DNA of 62,485 bases from an uncultured Erysipelotrichaceae bacterium (GCA_902778125.1 CACYWH010000010.1:1-62485); one strand, 5' to 3'; counted from the stretch's first letter, positions 47,663 through 57,556 are shown. Numbers and translations are program-made. The notes: generated from the sequence alone by a model not told the origin.

Positions 47663-48901
47663 ATGGTATTAGGTATATGTGATACACCAAAAGTACTGGA
47701 AGTAATGAACATAGTAAATATAATTATTACTATAATAAGAATAGTAGTACCAATAGTATTACTTTTTTCACTTACGTTTAAATTAGTAAATGCAAGTACT
47801 AAAAATGATGAAGATGCACTAGCATCTATAAAAAAGAAAGCGGTACCAAGTATAATAGCAGCTGCATTAATATTTATAGTACCAGTATTAGTAAATTTAA
47901 TAGTGAGTGTATCATTTCCAAATAGTGAATATACAAAATGTATAGCAAATATTTCTAATAATACTATACAAGATATATATACAGATAAAGAGGATAAATT
48001 AGTAAGTAAAGCAGAAGAAACACTAAATATAAATGATTATATAAATGCTAAAAACTATTTAACAAATATAAAAGATGATTCAAAAAGAGAATCATATGAA
48101 GCAAGACTAGAAGAGGTTAAAAAACTGATAGATGAAGCAAGGGCTGTAACTGCTGATGGGTATGTTGATAAAGATTATGGTACTGGTAAGTGGGTATATC
48201 ATAACCTTGGATCAGAAGAATTAAAGAAATATACTTCTTCTCCAATGGCATTTGCGGAGTATGTACCTGAATATGCAGTAAGTAGCGGTGATTCACTTCC
48301 ATTAATAATATTTCTTCATGGACTTGGACATACAATGTATCAAAATGATAATGTTACTTGTTTATCGTCTTCTTGTTTGCTTAATAGCATACATGTTAAG
48401 ACAATTGAACGTTGGGGTGAAACTGGACTTAAAAATATACCTGCAATTATGATGGCACCTCATTTAGAATATCAAGATTGGAGCAATTCAATATCAATGG
48501 CAACTATTAAAGCAATTATTGAATATTCAAGAGATAAATATAATGTTGATACAAACAAAGTTGTTTTAATGGGGCATAGTCATGGAAGTTATGGTGTTCC
48601 TAAAGTGTATACTAAAGCTCCAGATTTATTTTCTGCATTAATAATGACAAGTGGTTCGAATCCTGAAGCAACAAAGGAACAAAAAGCAGCACTACAAACT
48701 GTTCCTTTAAAAGGATTTTCTGAAGATAATGGAAATCATAGAAGAATGATAGGATTTTTTGAAAGCATTGGTAGAATAGATGATTTGACTATATATAAAG
48801 GTGAACGTCATGATGGAACACCAGCAAGAGCACTAACTACAGATGAAGATGGTGATGGTATATCCGACTTGATTTATTGGGCATTATCTCAAAGTAAATA
48901 A
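47663..48901 (+). CDS. Membrane-anchored alpha/beta-hydrolase (esterase/peptidase-like)
   Basis: Two N-terminal hydrophobic segments. C-terminal PLIIFLHGLG .. nucleophile elbow LMGHSHGSYG (GxSxG) .. GERHDG. Confidence 0.6.
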   Translation: MVLGICDTPKVLEVMNIVNIIITIIRIVVPIVLLFSLTFKLVNASTKNDEDALASIKKKAVPSIIAAALIFIVPVLVNLIVSVSFPNSEYTKCIANISNNTIQDIYTDKEDKLVSKAEETLNINDYINAKNYLTNIKDDSKRESYEARLEEVKKLIDEARAVTADGYVDKDYGTGKWVYHNLGSEELKKYTSSPMAFAEYVPEYAVSSGDSLPLIIFLHGLGHTMYQNDNVTCLSSSCLLNSIHVKTIERWGETGLKNIPAIMMAPHLEYQDWSNSISMATIKAIIEYSRDKYNVDTNKVVLMGHSHGSYGVPKVYTKAPDLFSALIMTSGSNPEATKEQKAALQTVPLKGFSEDNGNHRRMIGFFESIGRIDDLTIYKGERHDGTPARALTTDEDGDGISDLIYWALSQSK

Positions 48902-48930
48902 ATATTAAAAGAATTAAGGATGTGTAAAAT

Positions 48931-49458
48931 ATGAATAATAAAACAGTAAAAGCAATAGTTATTATAGTTTCAATTATTTTCTCTATAATAGGAATTTTCT
49001 CTTTTATATTTATAGTTTTTATTATAGTAGATACAGTAGAAGATAAAATGTATGATAATGAAGTAAGAGAAAGTTTTTCTGAACTCATATTAGATGCACC
49101 AGATGAATTTGACAAAGATGATACTTATTATATAAATTATTCATATGATGATAATGGTACATATTGCTATATGAATATTTATCCTAGTGAAAAATATAAT
49201 ACTTTAGAATATGAATTTAATGAAAGCATTCGTTATACTTTGAATGATAAGGTAAGTGGATTAAATGAACTTAATATTAATGGTAATAAAGTTTTAAATG
49301 CTGAAGTTGAGACTGAAGATAGTAAAGAATATTATTATGGTATTGAATCTAAGAATTATTATTATATTATTAAATATTCAATTTATGATAATATGAAAGG
49401 TGATAGAAGTGATATTGATACTAACCTTTGTTATTCTGCAAAAGATAAAACACTTTAA
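48931..49458 (+). CDS. Hypothetical membrane-anchored protein
   Basis: 175 aa, N-terminal TM AIVIIVSIIFSIIGIFSFIFIVFIIV. Confidence 0.45.
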   Translation: MNNKTVKAIVIIVSIIFSIIGIFSFIFIVFIIVDTVEDKMYDNEVRESFSELILDAPDEFDKDDTYYINYSYDDNGTYCYMNIYPSEKYNTLEYEFNESIRYTLNDKVSGLNELNINGNKVLNAEVETEDSKEYYYGIESKNYYYIIKYSIYDNMKGDRSDIDTNLCYSAKDKTL

Positions 49459-49466
49459 AATAATAT

Positions 49467-49814
49467 ATGAATAATGATATAGTTGAAATGATAAATATTT
49501 ATAATACTTTTGATATTGATTGGTTAGGAGATAAAATTAATTATCCTTCTGATTTAACTAGGCATCATATTGTTAAAAAGGAACATAATGGAGAAGATAG
49601 TATTAATAATTATGCGCTTCTTACTAGTTTATCACATCATTTTATTCATTATTTGGAAATTAAATATAACAAAGAATATAATGAATTAAATAATTTATTA
49701 CTTGAATTAAATAAAAGTGGTAAACCTCCAACTGATGAATATTTTGATAAGGTTATGAAAATAACAAAAAGAGTTAAAAAAGATATTAAAAATAAGAAAA
49801 GAAATAGGAAATAG
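49467..49814 (+). CDS. Small HNH-motif protein with a basic tail
   Basis: LTRHHIVKKEHNGEDSINNYALLTSLSHHFIH (H-N-H spacing). C-terminal KKDIKNKKRNRK. Confidence 0.6.
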   Translation: MNNDIVEMINIYNTFDIDWLGDKINYPSDLTRHHIVKKEHNGEDSINNYALLTSLSHHFIHYLEIKYNKEYNELNNLLLELNKSGKPPTDEYFDKVMKITKRVKKDIKNKKRNRK

Positions 49815-49896
49815 TACTAAATAAGTACTATTTTTTTAATAATTTAATATGTTATAATTGATATATATGTTAGTAAATAATAGTAGGGGAGGTATT

Positions 49897-51390
49897 ATGG
49901 ATAAGTTAAAAAAATTTATAAAAAAGAATAAAAAAGAAATTATATTTTATGGAATAATATTTATTTTAGTATTAATATTATGTGCATTATTTCCATATTC
50001 ACACGATGATTGGGCATGGGGAAGTAAAATTGGAATAGAGAGACTTAATACTAGGTTTTATAATTATAATGGAAGATGGATTGCAAATTTACTTGTTTTA
50101 GTTCTTACTAGGTCATACATTTTAAGAGTATTATTTGTATCTATATCATTAATTATTATATTTTATTTAACTAATGTTTTAATTGAAAGTAAAAACAAAA
50201 TACTAAAATATTTTTCATTATTGTTTTTTGCATCTATTCCACATTTAATTCTTATGCAAAGTGTTGTATGGGTTAGTGGATTTACTAATTATGTTTTTTC
50301 TGCAGTACTTATATTAATATATTTTTTATTAAATAAAGAAACAATTAATTTAGAATATAAAGAATATAAGAAGAGGTATTTACCATTATTCTTTGTGTTA
50401 GGTTTATTATCTACTTTATGTGTTGAACATGTAACGATATATTGTGTTTTATTATCTTTGTTTTTCTTAGTACTAATATATATTAAAAAGAAAAAGATTG
50501 ATTTAAGCAATTTATCATATTTTATAGGTAGTATAGTTGGTAGTATAATTATGTTTTCAAATAAAGCATATCATTCTATAGCAGTAAGTGCTGATGAATA
50601 TAGAAATATTAGTCCAATAACTAATATGATTAAAAATTTTTTTGATACTATAATTAATCAACTTGTAATAAATAGTTATGTGTTAAACATAGTTGTTAGT
50701 GTCACATTAGTTATTTTACTATTTAATACTAAGTTTGTTAAAAGAATACTAAATATACTAAAGAATATTGTTATATCAGTTTTAGTATCATTTCCTATAT
50801 ATGCTTTAATAATTAAAGTTATTAACACTCAAATATTATTAAATTATACCAAGTATTTTAATGGATTATTTGTACTTATTTATTTAATTGCTATATTCAT
50901 ATCTTTATTAATGTTATTTAAAAAGAAGAAATTATTTAAGTTATTATTTGCATATTTTTCTATAGCAGTCGTATGTGCTCCATTAGTAATAGTTAGTCCA
51001 ATAGGACCAAGATGCTTTTATATTACATATGTTTTCCATATTTTATTTGCACTACTTTTACTTGAAGAGTTATTTAATAAGTATAAAATAAAAAATAATA
51101 TATATGAATATGTTAAGAAAATATTAATAATTATATCTAGTTTGTTTTATGTTATATATTTTATTATATATGCACTAATATTTAGAGCTTATATTATTAG
51201 ATATAATTATTTAATGGAACATATTGATGATGCTAAAATATTATTACCTAAAATATCTAATACTACTTTTGTACAGCATCCAAATCCAGAAGATGATAAG
51301 TTTATGGAAAGATTTAAGTTGTTTTATAATATTGATGAAGATACTATAGTTGAATTTTTACCGTATAATGAATGGAAGAAAGTTAAATAG
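49897..51390 (+). CDS. Polytopic membrane protein, GT-C-like/DUF6056-like (start moved to the ATG after RBS AGGGGAGG; tracked from TTG 49858)
   Basis: At least 10 TM segments. N-terminal loop YSHDDWAWGSKIGIERLNTRFYNYNGRW. Function inferred only from topology and this loop. Confidence 0.4.
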   Translation: MDKLKKFIKKNKKEIIFYGIIFILVLILCALFPYSHDDWAWGSKIGIERLNTRFYNYNGRWIANLLVLVLTRSYILRVLFVSISLIIIFYLTNVLIESKNKILKYFSLLFFASIPHLILMQSVVWVSGFTNYVFSAVLILIYFLLNKETINLEYKEYKKRYLPLFFVLGLLSTLCVEHVTIYCVLLSLFFLVLIYIKKKKIDLSNLSYFIGSIVGSIIMFSNKAYHSIAVSADEYRNISPITNMIKNFFDTIINQLVINSYVLNIVVSVTLVILLFNTKFVKRILNILKNIVISVLVSFPIYALIIKVINTQILLNYTKYFNGLFVLIYLIAIFISLLMLFKKKKLFKLLFAYFSIAVVCAPLVIVSPIGPRCFYITYVFHILFALLLLEELFNKYKIKNNIYEYVKKILIIISSLFYVIYFIIYALIFRAYIIRYNYLMEHIDDAKILLPKISNTTFVQHPNPEDDKFMERFKLFYNIDEDTIVEFLPYNEWKKVK

Positions 51391-51480
51391 TTATTGACAA
51401 AAAAATGTCAATAACTTTTTTGTTTATTGTGAGATATTTTTAAAAGTGTTATTCTTAATTTATAAGTAAGGAGAGATTTT

Positions 51481-52233
51481 ATGGATTATGAAATTAAGGG
51501 TGGTAGTTTTCCAATAGTTGAATGTACATTGAAATCAGGTGAGTCAATGATTACTCAAAGCGGTTCAATGTGTTGGATGGATTCGACTATAACAATGGAA
51601 ACATCATCAAATGGTGGATTTGGAAAAGTTGTTGGTAGATTGTTTACAAATGAAAAACTATTTCAAAATATATATACATCTACAAAGGATGGATCTAAAA
51701 TAACATTTGGTACTTGTGTACCTGGTTCTATTATGGCTATTAAATTAACTGGTGGACAAAGTATTGTTTGTCAAAAGTCAGCTTTTTTAGCATCATACGG
51801 TAATATTGAATTATCAACATTCTTTAATAAAAAAATAGGTGTAGGATTATTTGGTGGTGAAGGATTCATCATGCAAAAGTTAACTGGAGAGGGAATAGTT
51901 TTCTTAGAAATCGATGGTTCTAGTATGGAATTTGAATTAAAAGAGGGACAAACTCAAATAATTAGTACTGGATATCTTGTATCTATGAGTGATACTTGTA
52001 GTATTGATGTTCAAACAGTTAAAGGATTAAAAAATATATTATTAGGTGGAGAGGGGATATTTAATACTGTTATAACAGGGCCTGGAAAAGTTGTTGTACA
52101 AACAATGCCTCTTGCAAGACTAGCTAATAGTATTTATCCATATTTACCACAAACTAGTAGTAGTTCATCTAGTAGTGGAAATGATGCAGTAGATGCTGCA
52201 ACATCAATATTTAAAATGTTTAGCAAAAAATAA
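51481..52233 (+). CDS. AIM24/TIGR00266-family protein
   Basis: MDYEIKGGSFPIVECTLKSGESMITQSGSMCWMD .. GGEGFIMQKLTGEGIVFLEIDGS .. GEGIFNTVITGPGKVVVQTMP. Confidence 0.8.
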   Translation: MDYEIKGGSFPIVECTLKSGESMITQSGSMCWMDSTITMETSSNGGFGKVVGRLFTNEKLFQNIYTSTKDGSKITFGTCVPGSIMAIKLTGGQSIVCQKSAFLASYGNIELSTFFNKKIGVGLFGGEGFIMQKLTGEGIVFLEIDGSSMEFELKEGQTQIISTGYLVSMSDTCSIDVQTVKGLKNILLGGEGIFNTVITGPGKVVVQTMPLARLANSIYPYLPQTSSSSSSSGNDAVDAATSIFKMFSKK

Positions 52234-52256
52234 AAGATGATTAATCATCTTTTTTT
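52232..52256 (+). terminator. Rho-independent terminator
   Basis: Palindrome AAAAGATGATT/AATCATCTTTT extended by T-run. Confidence 0.7.
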
Positions 52257-52322
52257 GTAAAATTTTTTCTATTTTATTGATTAAAAAACATTAATGTGTT
52301 ACTTTTAAATTGGTGATATAGT

Positions 52323-52982
52323 ATGAAAGAGAAGATTACAATAGATCCACAGAGATTTAAAGTGTGGGTAAATGAAATGTCTGATTATTTAAATGGTGGA
52401 GCAGATAGTGTATATAATTGTTCTATGAAATTTAATGAACAATTGCAAAAATTAGTTCAACCTAATGTTTGGACGGGGCCTGCTGCTGCTGAAAACTATA
52501 GAAATTTTATAGATACACATAATCATATGGTGAATTTTATTAATGATTTTGCTGAAATATTAAAAAATGAAATTCATAATGTTTCATCTAAAGTTTCTAA
52601 ACTTGAATTAACGGGTTTAGAAGTTAATTCTGGTATGCTAAATGTATTTGGAAGTTTAAATTATAATCAATTAAAAACTTTATCTGAAGAAAATGTTAAT
52701 AAGAGTATTATAAGTTATGATTATAATGCTATAGTTTCTATAAGTGAATCTTTAAAACATATTTTAGGTGATTTAGATGCAGTTAAAAATTCTCTTATTT
52801 CAAGGGCTGAAATGATAAATGATGGTAGTGGAATGTGGGATGGTAAACTTGCATCAAATGCTAAAGAAATATTACTTGGTATGTTACATACTAATATAGA
52901 AAAAATAATGGAAAATTTAAATATATGTATTGATAATATACGTATGGCAGCAGATGATGCTAAAAACATTAATTTAATATAA
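52323..52982 (+). CDS. Extended WXG-motif protein (219 aa), probable T7SS substrate
   Basis: VWTGPAAAENYRNF (W-x-G followed by AA) at the expected hairpin-turn position. All-helical, no TM. Confidence 0.5.
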   Translation: MKEKITIDPQRFKVWVNEMSDYLNGGADSVYNCSMKFNEQLQKLVQPNVWTGPAAAENYRNFIDTHNHMVNFINDFAEILKNEIHNVSSKVSKLELTGLEVNSGMLNVFGSLNYNQLKTLSEENVNKSIISYDYNAIVSISESLKHILGDLDAVKNSLISRAEMINDGSGMWDGKLASNAKEILLGMLHTNIEKIMENLNICIDNIRMAADDAKNINLI

Positions 52983-53008
52983 GGCTTTGATCAAATCAAA
53001 GCCTTTTT
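52981..53008 (+). terminator. Rho-independent terminator
   Basis: AAGGCTTTGAT-CAA-ATCAAAGCCTT followed by TTT. Confidence 0.7.
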
Positions 53009-53053
53009 ATTTTTAAATAATTATGTTAAAATGTTCATATAATAGAGGTTAAC

Positions 53054-54505
53054 ATGATTAAAAAGAATAAAAAGAAAATTAAAAAAGTTCCTATGAACGA
53101 TTTTTTAAAAACTACAATAGTAGTTTGTTTAATTATATTTGTAAGTATATTTGTTTTATTTGCGTTGAGTTTTTTATATCCAATAATATCTTATTATGTA
53201 TGGAATTGCTTTGTTGCTAAAATAAATTCTGTATTATTTTATATTTTTTCTAAAGGAATTTTAGGAACAATTGCTTTTATATTACCTTTATTATGTTGTA
53301 TGATAATTTCTATTATACATGACAATATACTTTTTAAAAGTAAAATATCTAATGTAAAAAAGTTTGTCGTTTTAAACAGATTAAGAAGTGTAATGATTAT
53401 AGTATACACAATATTTTTCTCATTTATTATATTGGTATCATTTTCAACTACTATGCCATTAATTAGTGATTTATATATGGCAAAAAATAGTAAAAAAGAA
53501 TATAAAATTAGTGATCTTGAAGCATTAAGGGATATTTATTATGACAAAATTAATGAATATTCTAATAAATTTGAAAGAGATGATAATGGAGATATTATTT
53601 ATGATAAACCAATATTAGATTTATCCATTGTAAATCTAAAGAAGTTATCAAATAAAATGAATATTATAAGTGGAATATATCCTAGGGGATATAGATATAT
53701 GGGTGAGTTAGACATTATGAATGATGGAACATATCTAGGGCTTACGAATCCAATGTTTCATACGATATCTATTGCAAAAGATTTACCTACTACAAAAAAA
53801 TTATTAGTAATTACTCATGAATTTTGTCATTCTAAAGGATTGCTAAGGGAAGCAGATGCTGAATTTTGTTCAACTATAGCATTATTAGAATCTGATGATG
53901 AGTTATCAAATTATACTGCATACTTAAATATATTTAACTATGTTAATAGTGCACTTATTGATATGGAACATAGAAATAGTGAATATAATAAAAATGTTGT
54001 TGATAAGTGTTTGAAAGATGGATATATGGAATTTTGTAATTATACAGCAAGTAATATATATAATCTTATTAAACGTAATGATAATATATATATTGAAACA
54101 TACTATCTTAAAAATTATGAAGAAAAAATAAATGATTTAAAAATTAATTTATTTCATTTAAATAATAATTATGATGTTAATATATATTTAAATGAAGATG
54201 AAATCAGTTTTGAAAAAATAAATAGTTATTTAGAAGATGGAATATTTAGTGATAAAGATTATATTACTGTTAAAATATTAACTAAGAAAGAAGATATTTT
54301 AAAGTTATATGAATATTTAAGAAAAAATTCAAAAATATTTGAATATGAATATGCTGAAATAGTTGATGAAGAAGATGAAATAGAGTCATATGAAGAATAC
54401 TATTTATCACCTTTTAAAAAACCAGGATTAAATTCTATTATAGGTAATGATGACTTTGATTATGATAGAGTTGTAAGGTTGTTATTAGAATATAATGATA
54501 TGTAA
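53054..54505 (+). CDS. Membrane protein with HExxH motif, DUF3810-like putative metallopeptidase
   Basis: Three to four N-terminal TMs. LVITHEFCHSKGLLREADAEFCS (HExxH plus a downstream E), as I recall for DUF3810. Confidence 0.5.
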   Translation: MIKKNKKKIKKVPMNDFLKTTIVVCLIIFVSIFVLFALSFLYPIISYYVWNCFVAKINSVLFYIFSKGILGTIAFILPLLCCMIISIIHDNILFKSKISNVKKFVVLNRLRSVMIIVYTIFFSFIILVSFSTTMPLISDLYMAKNSKKEYKISDLEALRDIYYDKINEYSNKFERDDNGDIIYDKPILDLSIVNLKKLSNKMNIISGIYPRGYRYMGELDIMNDGTYLGLTNPMFHTISIAKDLPTTKKLLVITHEFCHSKGLLREADAEFCSTIALLESDDELSNYTAYLNIFNYVNSALIDMEHRNSEYNKNVVDKCLKDGYMEFCNYTASNIYNLIKRNDNIYIETYYLKNYEEKINDLKINLFHLNNNYDVNIYLNEDEISFEKINSYLEDGIFSDKDYITVKILTKKEDILKLYEYLRKNSKIFEYEYAEIVDEEDEIESYEEYYLSPFKKPGLNSIIGNDDFDYDRVVRLLLEYNDM

Positions 54506-54581
54506 AGTAATTATCTAATTAATTTACATATCTTTTTTTAAATGATATACTAAAATTGTATTAATAATAGGAGGAATTATT

Positions 54582-54887
54582 ATGGCAAATAATGAAATTT
54601 CAATTGTTCCAACTGATTTAAGAAACGCAGCAAATGCTATTAAGGAACAAATTGCTGAACCTTTTGCAGAGGATATGAAGGAGTTTTATAATAAATTAAA
54701 TGAATTTGTTAATAAAAGTTATGTATCTAATGCATCAAAGGAAAAAGAAAAACAAATTGCTGATAAGAGTGAATTGTTACAAAAAATGTATAATGTAATG
54801 AATGAATATGCTGCATTTTTAGATGAAACGGCTACTAGATTTATTAAAACAGATCAAGATAATGCTGCTAATTTTACTAAAATGTAA
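54582..54887 (+). CDS. Small helical T7SS accessory/substrate protein, Lap1 (DUF3130/SACOL2603-family)-like
   Basis: 101 aa, RBS AGGAGG, WXG100-like size with no WXG. C-terminal RFIKTDQDNAANF contains an FxxxD motif. Confidence 0.5.
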   Translation: MANNEISIVPTDLRNAANAIKEQIAEPFAEDMKEFYNKLNEFVNKSYVSNASKEKEKQIADKSELLQKMYNVMNEYAAFLDETATRFIKTDQDNAANFTKM

Positions 54888-54905
54888 TAAGGAGGAATTA
54901 ATATT

Positions 54906-55217
54906 ATGAATGGTTCTACATATTTAAATGATGAAGCTAGAAGCTATATAGAAGAAATAAGAAAAACAAAAGATAGAATGAAATCTAGATTTGAAGATTT
55001 TAATGATACAATGAAAAAACTATCATCTGGAAATGCTTTTGTTGGATCTGCTGGAACAACATTCTTTCAAAAATATGATGTTTTAAAAAAGGAATATACA
55101 TATTTTGAAGATTTATTTGAATCTTTTGCAAAAGATTTTGAACAATCTGTTGAAGCAACTGAAGCAACAAATAAAGCTGTTGAACAAGCAGTATCTGAAA
55201 TATCACAAGTAAAATAA
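54906..55217 (+). CDS. WXG100-like small helical protein (motif FVGSAG in place of WxG)
   Basis: 103 aa, RBS AAGGAGG, 18 nt after the previous gene. Helix-turn-helix hairpin pattern. Confidence 0.5.
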   Translation: MNGSTYLNDEARSYIEEIRKTKDRMKSRFEDFNDTMKKLSSGNAFVGSAGTTFFQKYDVLKKEYTYFEDLFESFAKDFEQSVEATEATNKAVEQAVSEISQVK

Positions 55218-55241
55218 GAAACTAAATAAAGTTTCTTTTTT
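55216..55241 (+). terminator. Rho-independent terminator
   Basis: AAGAAACT-AAATAA-AGTTTCTT followed by TTTT. Confidence 0.65.
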
Positions 55242-55318
55242 ATTGTATAAATAATAATTAATCTATGATATAATATATTATATAATGAGATAGTATAATA
55301 ATAGAGGTATGTGTAATT

Positions 55319-56593
55319 ATGAATGATACTGATTCAAGTGAATATTTTTATGATGATCCTGATTTTAATAAAAGTGTTGTTACATATGAAAATGGTACTG
55401 CAAATGGTACCTTAGTTGAATATGGAAAGCACGATACTAATGATGGTTATTTTATATATTATTCTGATTCGTGTCCTTTTGATAGTGAAAAGGGATTTAC
55501 ACCAAAGTCAGTTGGTGTATATATATCTGAATCAGGAGGATTTTATAACCATAAAGAGTGGTTTAATGTTGGAAAAGATACATCTGCAGCCTTCGAAAAT
55601 ATGTTTGCTGATTCTAATCAGGAGTTGCCTGATATGATGATAATATCAAAAACATATAATGATCCTATTGATAATTTTGATAAGTATGTTGATATTATAC
55701 ATGATAGTACTGATATTAATAATGCAGATATATCTGTATATGGATTTAGTAAAGGAACTGATTATGCATTAAAGTTTTCTGAAAAGTTAATTAATACTGA
55801 GGATGTAAAACCATTAGATATTGCATTAATTGATCCAGGTAATCATGGCCAAAATTTATATTGTAGTTTTGATGTGAACGAATTAAACGGAACAATTGAT
55901 GCTTTGAAAAAAAATAATGCTAATGTTTTTATGGTTATTCCAGACGGATTTCCTACTGGAAGTGCATTCGATAAAATCGCAAAATCTGGAGTATCTAGTT
56001 ATATAATAGGAACTAATGTAACTGATCACTTAACTATTAATTTTAAAGCAATTGAAGATGGTATTCTTGGTTTTATGGCTGGTAAAGTTAAGCCATTATT
56101 TAATAGTGGAAAATATTCTTTTAGTAAATATATTAATGGGGAATGGAAACAAGTTTTATATGATGATATTACTAATGTATTGAATACTAATGATATTGGA
56201 GATAATTTTAAAAATTTAAGTAGTTTAAATGAAATTGATACAAATAGTTTTATAGTAAAATTGGGACTTGGTCATGATTTTACTATCTCTTCTGATACAG
56301 CTAATACTATTAATAGTATGCAAAATATAAGAGGTGTAATTAAAACCAATGCATTGGCAACTTCTAATGTAAAAGGGAATTTTGCAAGTACTACTAATGT
56401 GCCTAATGAATGCGCAAATACTCTTGCAAATTATTATGATGTAACATCTGATTTACTTACTAAAATATCATTAATAACTGAGGAAATTGTTGAAACTGCT
56501 ATAGATTTTCAAAATAAAGATAAATCAATTTCACAAAATGTATATAGCATACAAGATTTAAATTCTAGTGATAAGGAAGGTGAAGCAGTATGA
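55319..56593 (+). CDS. Putative secreted hydrolase (GxSxG lipase/esterase-like N-terminal domain) with a C-terminal helical region; candidate T7SS effector
   Basis: 424 aa, no signal peptide or TM. Nucleophile elbow VYGFSKGTDYAL. The last ~110 aa are helical and low in complexity (..TINSMQNIRGVIKTNALATSN..LANYYDVTSDLLTKISLITEEIVETAIDF..). Confidence 0.45.
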   Translation: MNDTDSSEYFYDDPDFNKSVVTYENGTANGTLVEYGKHDTNDGYFIYYSDSCPFDSEKGFTPKSVGVYISESGGFYNHKEWFNVGKDTSAAFENMFADSNQELPDMMIISKTYNDPIDNFDKYVDIIHDSTDINNADISVYGFSKGTDYALKFSEKLINTEDVKPLDIALIDPGNHGQNLYCSFDVNELNGTIDALKKNNANVFMVIPDGFPTGSAFDKIAKSGVSSYIIGTNVTDHLTINFKAIEDGILGFMAGKVKPLFNSGKYSFSKYINGEWKQVLYDDITNVLNTNDIGDNFKNLSSLNEIDTNSFIVKLGLGHDFTISSDTANTINSMQNIRGVIKTNALATSNVKGNFASTTNVPNECANTLANYYDVTSDLLTKISLITEEIVETAIDFQNKDKSISQNVYSIQDLNSSDKEGEAV

Positions 56594-57210
56594 CAGTTTT
56601 ATATAAAAATGATTTGGAAACAGCAAATAGTCTTGCTGCTTTGAATGCACTGGATAATGAAGAAGAATCTGCTCAAAAATTAATTGAAGCAATAAGTAAT
56701 TTTATAGAAGAATCTAATTTTAAACTTAAAGGTGAAACGTGGGATAAAGCAAGAAGTAAACTTTCAAGTTATATAGATGCTTTAAATTTAAGAATAAAAG
56801 TTATTACAGGTTTAAAGGCAAACATTAAAAGAGCAAATGATAGTTTAATTAATTATATGGGTATTTATACTGAGTTAAATACCGATAAATTAGAAGAGTT
56901 GTTACAACTTAGAAAATCTTATGAAAATAATGTATATAGTGCTCGAATAAAACTACATAATCTTAATACTGATCTTAATGAAAAAGATGGAGCAACGGTT
57001 ATAGAACGCAATAGATTATCAAACGTAATACGTAAATTTTCTTCATTAATAGATGAAATAAATCCTAAGATAGAAAAGATTGAAAAACTTGGTATGGCTG
57101 ATATTAATGCATATAGCATTCTTTCAGACACTATTAGTGATATAGCATCTTATTCATCTAAAGTATCTAGTATATCTACTGGTTTTAATTCTAAAAAAGA
57201 TGTGTTATAA
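56590..57210 (+). CDS. Stand-alone LXG-domain protein (no toxin domain)
   Basis: 206 aa. SNFKLKGETWDKARSKLSSYIDAL carries the L-x-G signature at the expected position (~aa 45). Helical throughout. The start overlaps the upstream stop (ATGA). Confidence 0.55.
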   Translation: MTVLYKNDLETANSLAALNALDNEEESAQKLIEAISNFIEESNFKLKGETWDKARSKLSSYIDALNLRIKVITGLKANIKRANDSLINYMGIYTELNTDKLEELLQLRKSYENNVYSARIKLHNLNTDLNEKDGATVIERNRLSNVIRKFSSLIDEINPKIEKIEKLGMADINAYSILSDTISDIASYSSKVSSISTGFNSKKDVL

Positions 57211-57232
57211 TGAAAGATATAATAGGTGAAAT

Positions 57233-57556
57233 ATGGAACAAGAGAAAAAAGCTGACAACAAAATAGAAAAAAATAAAAAGAAGAAATTAGAAGAAAAATT
57301 AGATAATGAAAGAGACTTGCTTAAAAGATTAGATGGTATAGAAGAAGAAATAACTTCTCTTAAAAAAAATATTGATAAATGTATTTCCCTTATTGGTGAA
57401 TCTATAAAGGGTGGAAATATACAAAATGTGCTTGAATCAATGTTACATGATAACAATGAATATTTATTTGATACTACTGAAATTATAGAACAAGAAAGAA
57501 AATCATCACAAAAAAGAATAAATAAAATAAAAGAAGATATGAGGAAAAAAGAATAG
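57233..57556 (+). CDS. Small coiled-coil protein (T7SS-associated, YwqH/Lap-like by position)
   Basis: 107 aa, highly charged heptad-like sequence, immediately upstream of essC. Confidence 0.35.
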   Translation: MEQEKKADNKIEKNKKKKLEEKLDNERDLLKRLDGIEEEITSLKKNIDKCISLIGESIKGGNIQNVLESMLHDNNEYLFDTTEIIEQERKSSQKRINKIKEDMRKKE

